The position numbers and the translations under genes were made by a program. Positions 9,063 through 17,315 of a stretch of DNA of 50,267 bases are shown here, in pieces. Below the pieces are notes generated by a model, which was not told the origin of the DNA, searched no databases, and saw only the letters and a list, made by a program, of their open reading frames with translations. Within the stretch, counting starts at the first letter, position 1. Each line of letters begins with the position of its first letter. The stretch is from a virus (lineage: Duplodnaviria; Caudoviricetes), in IMG/VR virus record IMGVR_UViG_3300025103_000026, positions 1-50,267 of that record. One strand, 5' to 3'.

Positions 9063-11352
9063 CTGCCTTATAGCCAGAGTGTGTATGAGTATGTGCTACA
9101 TCGCCAGCACTAGCCTCTCCTGATACCGTTACACAGCCACCATGTTCATATACAGGAGTAAATCCAGCTCTATTATCTTGAAGTTTACCACCCATCTCTA
9201 AAGCTTCACCTTCAAGCATACCACCATCTTTATACATTTTTTTAGTATAACCACCTGCCATAAACTGTGGAACTTTACCTGTTTCATTAAGATAGTTAAG
9301 TACATCATCACCAAGCTTTTTAGCAGAGGATTTTTTAATAACATATTCTCCACCTTCCATCTCAATAGGTTGGTTTCCTACATTAGCAGCTATACCACCT
9401 TTTTTATGAGAAGGTCCTGAAAGCATACCACCTTCTTGATATTTAAGACCATATTTCTTTCGCATCTTTTCTTGATATGCTGCTTTGGATTTAGCTATAT
9501 CTGCTTTTCTTTCTTCTCTTTCGCTTTTAAGTTTTACAGATTTCTTAGCCTGTTTTGCTTCATATGCTTGCTTTTGAAATACTTCTTTAGATTTATATTT
9601 TTTACCTGTTGCCGGGTCGAAATAACCTTTTTTCCTAAATATACCTTTAACTTTTTCAACACCTTTTTTAACTTTACCGACACCTTTTTTAACTGCTTTT
9701 CCTAATGGAAAATCAACAACTGCATCTTTTCCATGCTTTTCTTTAAACTTCTTTTCTCTATATTTAGCCTCTATATCAACTTCTGGTTCTTTTTTCTTTT
9801 TCTCTTTTATACCATATTGTTCAAAAGCATATTTTTTAGTCTTAGCATCTAATCTATCCGGATGCTTTTTCATCATCATTTTAAGTTGTCTTCGTTCATT
9901 GTCAGATTTTGGTCTTTTTTCCTTAACTGTTTTAACTTCTACTTTCTTAATTCCCTTTTCTTCCTGTCTTTTCTTATCTGCTTCTGTACCAAGTTCCACT
10001 CTTTTTCTAAACTTTGTTTCTGTTCTTTCAATCTTAGGAGGAGCTACGAACTTTTTAGTTCCCGGCTTATCAACTTGTTTACCTTGAGTCTTTCGTAGAG
10101 ATTTTAAAGTCTTTGGTCCAAGAGTTCCAAATCCGGCATCACCTTCTTTCATTCCCATTGCAGATACTTGATACTTCTTTACAGATTCCGGGTCATCACC
10201 TTTAATTGTTTTTGCAAGGTCTCTTGAGCTCTTAGGAGGTTCAGGTTCTACTTTAGGTTCTACTTTAGTTTTAACTTCTTTTTTAGGTTCTACTTTAGTT
10301 TTAACTTCTTTTTTAGGTTCTACAACTTTATTAGTTGATGTGCTTGAAATAACATTTCCGTCAGCATCATATTTTTTTTGACCAGAATAAACGGGTTTAT
10401 TATCTAAACTTTCTCTTCTTTCACGGTCTTCTTTAGCTGCTTGAGTCTTCCCTACAATATTTCTTATATCAAATAAAGGTTTACCTTTAGCACCGACTTT
10501 AGGGACTGTATCTTCTGTAATGCCTTTAGCCATCTTCTCTGCCATATCTAAAGACTCATCTTCTCTCTTCTTTAGATTTGATAATTGTCCACCAGGAGCA
10601 TATTTTATCTTACTTTTATATCTGGTTTTTTTAACAGGACCAGTTTTGTCATATCCACCTTTGGCAATTTTTTGCTCATATCTTGTTCTATGTGGACTCT
10701 GTGATTGAAGTTTTCTTAATTCATCTACATTAATCCCTAAATTAGCTGCAGTTTGAACTTCTTTGCCTGTCGGTTCTTTATAATGAGAACCACTTTTTTT
10801 AAAAGCCTTATCCCAATACTCTTTTTTAGCCTTACCACCATCTTTAAATATAGGTGTTCCTTCATCGTAAGATTTCTTAAGATGCTTTGCAATTTTTATA
10901 GTAGGTCCTATCGTAGGGATACTTCCTATTGCTTTTAAAATTTTCTGACCTTCAGTAAGAGGTGCTGGTTTACTATGTTTCTTTTTTAACTGTTTAACTC
11001 GGTCTTCAACAGGTTGGTCATGTATAGCTTTTTCCTTAAAAACAGTTGGTTTTGGTTTAACCTTAGGGGCTTTGCCCATCACTCTTCCAGCATCAGCTGC
11101 TAATTCTACATCAGATGGCTTACCACCTTTTTTCATCTTTCTTTTACTGCCTTTCATACGAGATTTTTCCTTTCTGCCACGATTAGTGGACTCTGGTTCT
11201 AATTTAACACCACCGTTTACATGAGAGACATCTAAGTTATCTCCATTACCATAAGTTCCCTTCTCATGGTTTATACGGTTTAATTCTGTTCTTTTTTTAA
11301 TTGAAGAAGGAGAGGATTGGAACTTTGAATATTCATCTTTGTAATCTCTCAC
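9055..11352 (-). CDS. Lys-rich protein with N-terminal HNH-like domain, [YF]xxGG repeats and GPSHxxGG domain
   Basis: N-terminal RDYKDEY...GDNLDVSH...NRGR, very high Lys content, C-terminal GPSHKKGGI..EMEGGEYVI. GTG start overlaps the upstream TGA. Confidence 0.6.
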   Translation of the reverse strand: MRDYKDEYSKFQSSPSSIKKRTELNRINHEKGTYGNGDNLDVSHVNGGVKLEPESTNRGRKEKSRMKGSKRKMKKGGKPSDVELAADAGRVMGKAPKVKPKPTVFKEKAIHDQPVEDRVKQLKKKHSKPAPLTEGQKILKAIGSIPTIGPTIKIAKHLKKSYDEGTPIFKDGGKAKKEYWDKAFKKSGSHYKEPTGKEVQTAANLGINVDELRKLQSQSPHRTRYEQKIAKGGYDKTGPVKKTRYKSKIKYAPGGQLSNLKKREDESLDMAEKMAKGITEDTVPKVGAKGKPLFDIRNIVGKTQAAKEDRERRESLDNKPVYSGQKKYDADGNVISSTSTNKVVEPKKEVKTKVEPKKEVKTKVEPKVEPEPPKSSRDLAKTIKGDDPESVKKYQVSAMGMKEGDAGFGTLGPKTLKSLRKTQGKQVDKPGTKKFVAPPKIERTETKFRKRVELGTEADKKRQEEKGIKKVEVKTVKEKRPKSDNERRQLKMMMKKHPDRLDAKTKKYAFEQYGIKEKKKKEPEVDIEAKYREKKFKEKHGKDAVVDFPLGKAVKKGVGKVKKGVEKVKGIFRKKGYFDPATGKKYKSKEVFQKQAYEAKQAKKSVKLKSEREERKADIAKSKAAYQEKMRKKYGLKYQEGGMLSGPSHKKGGIAANVGNQPIEMEGGEYVIKKSSAKKLGDDVLNYLNETGKVPQFMAGGYTKKMYKDGGMLEGEALEMGGKLQDNRAGFTPVYEHGGCVTVSGEASAGDVAHTHTHSGYKAGE
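10254..10323. repeat. In-frame 30-bp tandem repeat encoding VEPKKEVKTK
   Basis: ttaggttctactttagttttaacttctttt occurs twice plus a partial copy. Confidence 0.8.
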
Positions 11353-11624
11353 GCTTCTGCCTTATAAATTCTTAATTTGCTTTTTGGGCTTTCCTCAAGT
11401 AATATATCTTTAGCTTTATCTGTATGTATCCATATAGGTGTTTGTTCGCCGACATATGAACCTTCTACATTAAAATAAAAGTATTCAACTGCATCGTCTT
11501 GACTCATACCTTGTTTCTCAAGTATTGTAATACACTTATCTACATCATAGATTGCAATGTTCTTAGAAGAAATACCCAGCAATGCATCATTAAATCCATC
11601 TGCTAGTAGTATATCATCATACAT
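11349..11624 (-). CDS. Conserved phage hypothetical protein
   Basis: 91 aa with LADGFNDALLG and AVEYFYFNVEGSYVGEQTP, a pattern I recognise from aquatic phages. Translationally coupled to its neighbours. Confidence 0.7.
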   Translation of the reverse strand: MYDDILLADGFNDALLGISSKNIAIYDVDKCITILEKQGMSQDDAVEYFYFNVEGSYVGEQTPIWIHTDKAKDILLEESPKSKLRIYKAEA

Positions 11625-12306
11625 TTTCTACTAACTCCGGTCTTTGGGCTGCTTCAAGCTGTTCATTGCTAATACCTTGAAAAATCCCCGTAACATTAGT
11701 TACCCTCTGTTTTTCTATAACACCAAATGCATCCCACAGCATATTTAAACTTCTTATCCGGTCTGAATCATTCTTAGCATTATCTGTTATCTCTTTAGCA
11801 GTATTAATTAAATATTTTAAATCTACCCCTAAAGTATCAAATGTATTCTGTAACTTCTCGTTCACTAAAGTATCCACCCTTTCTGTTGTTAATAAAATAG
11901 CAGACTGTTTCTTTGCATATGCTTTGCTCTTTGCCGGGAAAACATCAAGGTAGGCTTCTACTCGGTCTTGACCTTTTGAAACCCGTAAAGCAAACAACTC
12001 TTCTCTCTTTGTACAGGTCTTCCGAGTATGTATTGTTGTGTCTGCTCTCTTACCACTAAGATTATAAATATTAGCCTTCCTTACAGTATCAATTGCCTTG
12101 CAGTATGTTCCTGTACATGTCCCAACAGTCTTATGTCTACCAAGTTTACCCCGTCTGAGTACTTGAATAATACAATCGTCATCTGCAACCACCCAGTCCC
12201 CGACTCGTGCATCCTGCCAATCCTTACGGGGAGATATGTGGTCCGGGAGGTCATCCCCCGGCTCATAGATTGAGTGCACTTTGCCTTTTATAGTATATTG
12301 TCGCAT
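11617..12306 (-). CDS. terS: Terminase small subunit (putative)
   Basis: Helical segment REELFALRV..EAYLDVF..YAKKQSAILL typical of TerS. First gene of the late operon. Confidence 0.65.
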   Translation of the reverse strand: MRQYTIKGKVHSIYEPGDDLPDHISPRKDWQDARVGDWVVADDDCIIQVLRRGKLGRHKTVGTCTGTYCKAIDTVRKANIYNLSGKRADTTIHTRKTCTKREELFALRVSKGQDRVEAYLDVFPAKSKAYAKKQSAILLTTERVDTLVNEKLQNTFDTLGVDLKYLINTAKEITDNAKNDSDRIRSLNMLWDAFGVIEKQRVTNVTGIFQGISNEQLEAAQRPELVENV

Positions 12307-12963
12307 AGGGTAATATAACTATATGTTGCAATACTAAACTGTAAAAATTGTGGGATTTTAATGCTTGGCTAAAATAGAAACATACACCCCCATGCAAAGG
12401 GTTTCCGTACATATAATTCCGTTATTTTCCGTTTTTTTCCACAGGTTATGATTGATGCTGATATCTACAACCTACCACCAATGCTATCTGCTAGGGGTCT
12501 GCTATGCCTTAATCCTACACCTATATAATGCACCACTAAATATTCGTATGCTATCAACCTATTATAATACTTAATCTGATTAGCCACAACCAACACACCA
12601 CCAACCTATCCACCTACCTATCCACCTACCTATCTAAGCCTGTAATAAATAGTCTTGGTGTATATAGGTATTGGTAAAGAATGTGGTACTGTCGGGGGTC
12701 GGGAATCTGTCGGGATGGTAACCAAAGTTACTTTATTAGTAACAATAGTTACTTTATTTAATGCTATGATATTACGCTTACCCTCTGACAATCATAATGG
12801 CACAGGATTTGAACCAATAGATTTAGTTGGTAGTGAGGGCGTTTATTGTGAGTCGAGTCTAACAGGATGAAACAGGATAGTTATTATAGTTGTTGTTATG
12901 ACTACGGGATACAATTTTAAGATGACTCACTACTATTTTAGTAATTAATTAAGGAGTTTAAAT
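12307..12963. promoter_or_regulatory. Divergent non-coding control region (candidate pac/terminus and promoters)
   Basis: About 650 bp between divergent operons, with ACCTATCCACCT tandem repeats and a C-rich to G-rich switch near 12650. Confidence 0.5.
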
Positions 12964-13167
12964 ATGAGATTTATTCTAAACCAAGAACACCCCAATACAC
13001 CATTCAAAGTATCCTGTACCAATTGCAGTGATAACTATCTGATTGAGTATACTTATTCAGATTTAGATGGTGAACCATTTATTTATTGGTGTAGGGAGTG
13101 CTTGGTAATCTGTCGGGGGGAAGAGGTATTGCCTGTTAATTTTATATCACTACTTAAAAATAATTAA
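12964..13167 (+). CDS. Small Cys-containing early protein
   Basis: AAGGAG RBS, CxxC...CxxC. Confidence 0.6.
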   Translation: MRFILNQEHPNTPFKVSCTNCSDNYLIEYTYSDLDGEPFIYWCRECLVICRGEEVLPVNFISLLKNN

Positions 13168-13239
13168 ATGAGTACTTGCTTTGCATTCGCCAAGTGTACG
13201 AAGTTATCCCATCAATCAAATGAACGATTGAATGATTTT

Positions 13240-13572
13240 TGAAATAGGTGGTAACAGAGGGTCAGCCCATACAATAGATTTGAGGTTGACAACTGATTAG
13301 TTAACCATCGCCGAGAATAGACCATTGGAAACACCCATCATCGTAACACCAATGAAACAATCTGTATCAGTCACATAAAGGACTTAGTCAGTATCTATTA
13401 ACAGGTTGGAGTATCAAGTTATCAATGTTGGAAGTTGTAGAGGGTAGCAGTTATCGTAATGATGACAAGGAATGTGCGAGGGGTAGTCAATGAATGGTTA
13501 AGGTAGAAGTAGCGAATCTGCTAGAATATTAAATATTATGGACATTAGAATCTGTATGTTCAGTTATCAGTA
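13240..13572 (+). ncRNA. Candidate large structured non-coding RNA
   Basis: No ORF of 60 aa or more. Multiple nested and crossing helices, an AGUA/GAA-containing loop, a boxA-like TGATTTTTGAAAT upstream and a tRNA-like element downstream. Confidence 0.45.
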
Positions 13573-13660
13573 TGGAATGTATATGGAAGATAGATGTAGC
13601 TAAGGCTTAGTGATTAATTCACAGATAATCTGTCGGGGGTCGATACCTCGCATTCCACTA
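13573..13660 (+). ncRNA. Degenerate tRNA-like element
   Basis: TGGAATG/CATTCCA acceptor-like stem and T-arm CGGGG-GTCGATA-CCTCG, ending in CTA. No canonical D or anticodon arm. Confidence 0.5.
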
Positions 13661-13693
13661 ATTTTTTTAATCAATAAAACAGGAGAATAAATA

Positions 13694-13936
13694 ATGAACA
13701 GAGATTGTCAATTTATAATCGACTTACAGAGCGAGAATAATAAAAAAAGAAATTATAACTTAGGGTGGTACAATTTAATTGTATCTATTCGAGATTTGAG
13801 CCTGTACAATAAGGGTATTAAACCTCATAGAAATTGGAAAATTACACCCTTAAAGAATTACTTTAACATAAAAGGTAATTCAGAAAAAATGTTAGAACAA
13901 TTAAGAATAAAAAAAGATATCCTAACTAACGGCTAA
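13694..13936 (+). CDS. Hypothetical early protein
   Basis: 80 aa, AGGAG RBS. Confidence 0.75.
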   Translation: MNRDCQFIIDLQSENNKKRNYNLGWYNLIVSIRDLSLYNKGIKPHRNWKITPLKNYFNIKGNSEKMLEQLRIKKDILTNG

Positions 13937-13981
13937 ATGTAGATGGTCTTTTGGGGGGTTCAATTCCCCCCTACATTTCTA
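13935..13981 (+). ncRNA. tRNA-like minihelix (acceptor stem plus T arm), copy 1
   Basis: AAATGTAG..GGGGG-TTCAATT-CCCCC-CTACATT-T-CTA followed by a T tract. Confidence 0.6.
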
Positions 13982-14018
13982 ATTTTTTTTAACCAACAAA
14001 ACAGGAGAATAAATAGTT

Positions 14019-14234
14019 ATGAATCCAAAATTAACTGATTATGAGATAACAATTAGCGACAAAAAGAGTGGTCGAGTTTATGATGTTATCGATTTAGAAT
14101 CATATAAAACTGATAAAATCGAAGAGTGGAAAAAATACTTTCCAAATGATATTTTTGATGATGAAAGTTTAAAAAGTGAAATAGTTGAATTAATGGAAAG
14201 CTATCTAACTGATATTATAAAGGAGAATAAATAG
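14019..14234 (+). CDS. Hypothetical early protein
   Basis: 71 aa, flanked on both sides by GGAGAATAAATAGTTATG junction motifs. Confidence 0.75.
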   Translation: MNPKLTDYEITISDKKSGRVYDVIDLESYKTDKIEEWKKYFPNDIFDDESLKSEIVELMESYLTDIIKENK

Positions 14235-14236
14235 TT

Positions 14237-14377
14237 ATGAATACAGAAAAATTTTGCGTCGTTAAAATAGGTGATGATAAGTATTTCAATAGAATATTTA
14301 ATTTCACGGGGAATATGAGTGAATGTATATCATTTGCATCAACCAAAAGATTTGGTGGTGGTGTAGAAGTTATATAA
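14237..14377 (+). CDS. Hypothetical 46-aa protein (not in ORF track)
   Basis: MNTEKFCVVKIGDDK...GGGVEVI, starting at the junction-motif ATG. Confidence 0.65.
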   Translation: MNTEKFCVVKIGDDKYFNRIFNFTGNMSECISFASTKRFGGGVEVI

Positions 14378-14378
14378 T

Positions 14379-14425
14379 AAATGTAGATGGTCTTTTGGGG
14401 GGTTCGATTCCCCCCTACATTTCTA
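14379..14425 (+). ncRNA. tRNA-like minihelix, copy 2
   Basis: Identical to copy 1 except the T loop reads TTCGATT. Followed by a T tract. Confidence 0.6.
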
Positions 14426-14455
14426 GTTTTTTTTAAAACACACACGGGAGTAATT

Positions 14456-14623
14456 ATGTATGTATGCAAAGATGGTTGGCGAGGTAGAGTTGATGAGCCA
14501 TATAAGAACGGCTTAAAAGACAATTCTAAGACTCAAGAACAATTAGAGAGAGAGATTATTAGAGAGACTAATAAGACCTCTAGATATCACAATATTTCTA
14601 AACAAAAACTAGCGAGGTCGTAA
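14456..14623 (+). CDS. Hypothetical early protein
   Basis: GGGAG RBS before ATG 14456. Confidence 0.55.
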   Translation: MYVCKDGWRGRVDEPYKNGLKDNSKTQEQLEREIIRETNKTSRYHNISKQKLARS

Positions 14624-14691
14624 ATGATAGGATTTGTATTATTTCCAATTATTATAATGTCAATTATTGAACTTGCAGAAAGGCTATAATT

Positions 14692-15090
14692 ATGTATAAA
14701 GACAATTATAATATATTTTCTATACATTCAGATTCAATTATGGATGTACTGAAAGCCTACCCAAATACTTGCGATAGTGTTGATAGCAGTTTATTACAAT
14801 TAATTAAATCTAATGTTAATTCTGTACACCCTTACAAAAGATTAACTCTAGATAGTTTTATTTATATTAAACTAGTAAAGGTTGATGATTATGGTTCTGA
14901 CTCAGGATTTAAGAGTGAGTACATTATATCAATGGATGATGGACTACCTAAGATGTATGCTGAGAAGGTATTTGATAGGCTTTTAGAATTAGGTATTAAA
15001 TTCAAGTTAAATGGATTAACCAAAGGGCAAATAGTTTCAAATACAATGAAAAGAATAAATAATAGATATAAAATTGAGGAGAATAAATAG
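14692..15090 (+). CDS. Hypothetical early protein
   Basis: 132 aa, ends EENK* in the junction motif. Confidence 0.7.
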   Translation: MYKDNYNIFSIHSDSIMDVLKAYPNTCDSVDSSLLQLIKSNVNSVHPYKRLTLDSFIYIKLVKVDDYGSDSGFKSEYIISMDDGLPKMYAEKVFDRLLELGIKFKLNGLTKGQIVSNTMKRINNRYKIEENK

Positions 15091-15092
15091 TT

Positions 15093-15332
15093 ATGAGAAT
15101 TACACTTAAAAAAATAAACAGATTATTAGAAAAATATGGATTAGAAATAGTTAAATGGAATGACTCGTATAGTGAATATTATTACTACTCTTCAATTAAT
15201 GATGATGGTGATAAGATTATGATGAATGCATCTGATGGGACAATCCATTGTCACCAATTAAATGAAATGAATATAGTAAAACATATCGAAACCTTTTCAA
15301 CTTTTATTGAATCAACTATGGAGAATAAATAG
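15093..15332 (+). CDS. Hypothetical early protein
   Basis: Junction-motif RBS, ends MENK*. Confidence 0.75.
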   Translation: MRITLKKINRLLEKYGLEIVKWNDSYSEYYYYSSINDDGDKIMMNASDGTIHCHQLNEMNIVKHIETFSTFIESTMENK

Positions 15333-15334
15333 TT

Positions 15335-15520
15335 ATGGATTATAAAACAAAAGTCAATGAATTATGGGATTACTTAGAAAATACAGAAACAGCTACAAAA
15401 GAAGAAATATGCTTAGTGACCTCAATTAATGGAACGAATTTAGAATCCTTAGAGAGTATTTTATATTCTCGCACAGGATGGAGAAGTTTAGAACAAATAT
15501 TACAAATGGAGGATAAATAA
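15335..15520 (+). CDS. Hypothetical early protein
   Basis: Junction-motif RBS, ATKEEICLVTSING..YSRTGWRSLEQ. Confidence 0.75.
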   Translation: MDYKTKVNELWDYLENTETATKEEICLVTSINGTNLESLESILYSRTGWRSLEQILQMEDK

Positions 15521-15741
15521 TGTATAGAAAAAATATATCAAGTTTACTTAGAAATAAAAGAAATGCTTATCACAGAAACATTACCGTAGATAGCATGAAT
15601 GAAATATCAGATGGATATTATGAGATGTTTATTGACAATCTTAATATTGAATACCTTAATGAAGACAAAGCAAGAGCAGTATTAAGAATTATCCACCTAT
15701 TTGAAACAGATTTATTAAATGAAATTAAGGAGGAAGAATAG
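15520..15741 (+). CDS. Hypothetical early protein
   Basis: GGAGG RBS, TAATG coupling. Confidence 0.7.
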   Translation: MYRKNISSLLRNKRNAYHRNITVDSMNEISDGYYEMFIDNLNIEYLNEDKARAVLRIIHLFETDLLNEIKEEE

Positions 15742-15743
15742 TT

Positions 15744-16106
15744 ATGAATAAATTAAAATTAAAAATAGATGGTGTAGGATATGAATATATTGTTCTGAAC
15801 GGGGTTAGTCGGGGGTATAAATGTGTTAGTAATGATGTGATAGAATTTTTTCACCTGAGAAAGCAAAAGAAAAATAGATTTATTGCTGGCTATAGACCTT
15901 GGCAACCTGAGTCGCTCGACATAGTAAATGGTAGTAAATTGGAATTGAAATGCTCAGAGGTTAAAAACGGTAGACCATCCTATGCCCTGTATGACCTTAG
16001 TTATGATGGTACAGAGGGTATGGTATCAGTTAAAGTAGAATTTGTATCTTATGATGGTACAGATTATATGGGTAGAGATTATACATTATTTAGCGAGGAA
16101 AAATAG
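15744..16106 (+). CDS. Hypothetical early protein
   Basis: Junction-motif RBS, internal SYDGT duplication. Confidence 0.7.
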   Translation: MNKLKLKIDGVGYEYIVLNGVSRGYKCVSNDVIEFFHLRKQKKNRFIAGYRPWQPESLDIVNGSKLELKCSEVKNGRPSYALYDLSYDGTEGMVSVKVEFVSYDGTDYMGRDYTLFSEEK

Positions 16107-16108
16107 TT

Positions 16109-16294
16109 ATGACTAAAGGACAATTAATGCAGTTGAATTATACTGCTGATGAATTAAAACAGATAGACCCAAGTCTACCTATGGATGTATCAGAAGACCT
16201 TAGAAGTAAGGGTGAAGATACATATTTTTATGTAATGAATTATAATAATAATTGTCTTGGACAATTAGAAAAAATGGAGAATAAATGTTATTAG
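16109..16294 (+). CDS. Hypothetical early protein
   Basis: Junction-motif RBS. Confidence 0.7.
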   Translation: MTKGQLMQLNYTADELKQIDPSLPMDVSEDLRSKGEDTYFYVMNYNNNCLGQLEKMENKCY

Positions 16295-16473
16295 AAGAAA
16301 AAAATATTAAAGGTATAACGGTACGAATGTATCATAATTGCATTGAGATTAGTAGTATTGTTAATAATCAATACTACCACCGAAAGTATATAGGATATAC
16401 AGAAGAACAAGCAATTAGTTTATTTAAAACAGGTTTATCTTTTTTAGGAGTAAGTACTTTTATAAAATTATAA
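16285..16473 (+). CDS. Hypothetical early protein
   Basis: GGAG RBS, overlaps the upstream gene. Confidence 0.7.
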   Translation: MLLEEKNIKGITVRMYHNCIEISSIVNNQYYHRKYIGYTEEQAISLFKTGLSFLGVSTFIKL

Positions 16474-16488
16474 AATTAAGGAGAATAA

Positions 16489-16740
16489 ATGAAAATAATA
16501 ATATTTAAGGATGCTCAAGGTGATATGAATTGGAGATTTCAATCACAGATGATTCCTTCAAGCACTATACTTGGAGTAATTCAAGTAAAGTTTAAAGATA
16601 TTGAATTGATTGATTTTAATTCTATTAAGATAAATTATGTTAATGAGTTCTATGCGACTAAAAGAGGACTCATTATTTTAATGGAAAATTCAAATAATTT
16701 TGTATTCCATTATGAAAAAGAAAAACAGGAGATTAAATGA
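16489..16740 (+). CDS. Hypothetical early protein
   Basis: AAGGAG RBS. Confidence 0.65.
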   Translation: MKIIIFKDAQGDMNWRFQSQMIPSSTILGVIQVKFKDIELIDFNSIKINYVNEFYATKRGLIILMENSNNFVFHYEKEKQEIK

Positions 16741-17033
16741 AACATTGTAAAAAATGTGGGAATCGATTTAGAACATTAGTTGATGGTATTTTTAGTGGTA
16801 CAGAGATTTGTATTAATCACGACTTTAAATATGGTAGCTATGCAGATGGGGATGGTTGGAGAATTACAGAATATCCAAGTTTAGATACTGAATGTGTATG
16901 GTACTATGAGGTAGCTGAATGGAAAGACGGAAATATTGTTGAAGATGAACTTGGAAATGATGATGGAGAGCATTTTGATAATTTAGAGCATGCTCTTGAA
17001 TATCTTGAAGAACAATTAGAGGAGAGTAAATGA
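16737..17033 (+). CDS. Hypothetical acidic early protein with N-terminal CxxC
   Basis: ATGA coupling, AGGAG RBS. Confidence 0.7.
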   Translation: MKHCKKCGNRFRTLVDGIFSGTEICINHDFKYGSYADGDGWRITEYPSLDTECVWYYEVAEWKDGNIVEDELGNDDGEHFDNLEHALEYLEEQLEESK

Positions 17034-17314
17034 GAATATTAGTTAATAAAAAAGGTGACAAGTTATATTTTAGAGGATGGGAGGGTGCTTTTGCATCCAC
17101 CATTATGTTTATGGCTGAATCATATCAACACGACATTAAAAGAGTAGAGAATAATTTGTCGGCTTATCAACTGAATAAGTTAAACAAAGGTAAGTTAATA
17201 TACTTACAGAGAAGACACCCTAAGTACAAGTTATATGAATCTTTATTGAATCAATTAAAGTGGCTTAAAGGTATAGATGTTTGGACTAAAAACGGATATG
17301 AAGGAGATTATTAA
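17030..17314 (+). CDS. Hypothetical early protein
   Basis: ATGA coupling, GGAG RBS. Confidence 0.7.
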   Translation: MRILVNKKGDKLYFRGWEGAFASTIMFMAESYQHDIKRVENNLSAYQLNKLNKGKLIYLQRRHPKYKLYESLLNQLKWLKGIDVWTKNGYEGDY

Positions 17315-17315
17315 G

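Noticed and set aside
12655-12870. 71-aa ORF in the intergenic region
   Set aside because: No RBS, non-ATG start, and it overlaps repeat and palindromic control-like sequence.
13573-14425. Functional tRNA genes, tRNA-Sec or tmRNA
   Set aside because: No proper D and anticodon arms, no UCA anticodon loop, ends read CTA rather than CCA, and no tag reading frame is evident.
13935-14425. attP sites derived from tRNA 3' ends
   Set aside because: No integrase in the window, and the elements include a matching 5' acceptor strand, which points to RNA structure.
14387-14455. N-terminal extension of ORF 14387-14623
   Set aside because: It runs through the tRNA-like repeat. The RBS supports ATG 14456.
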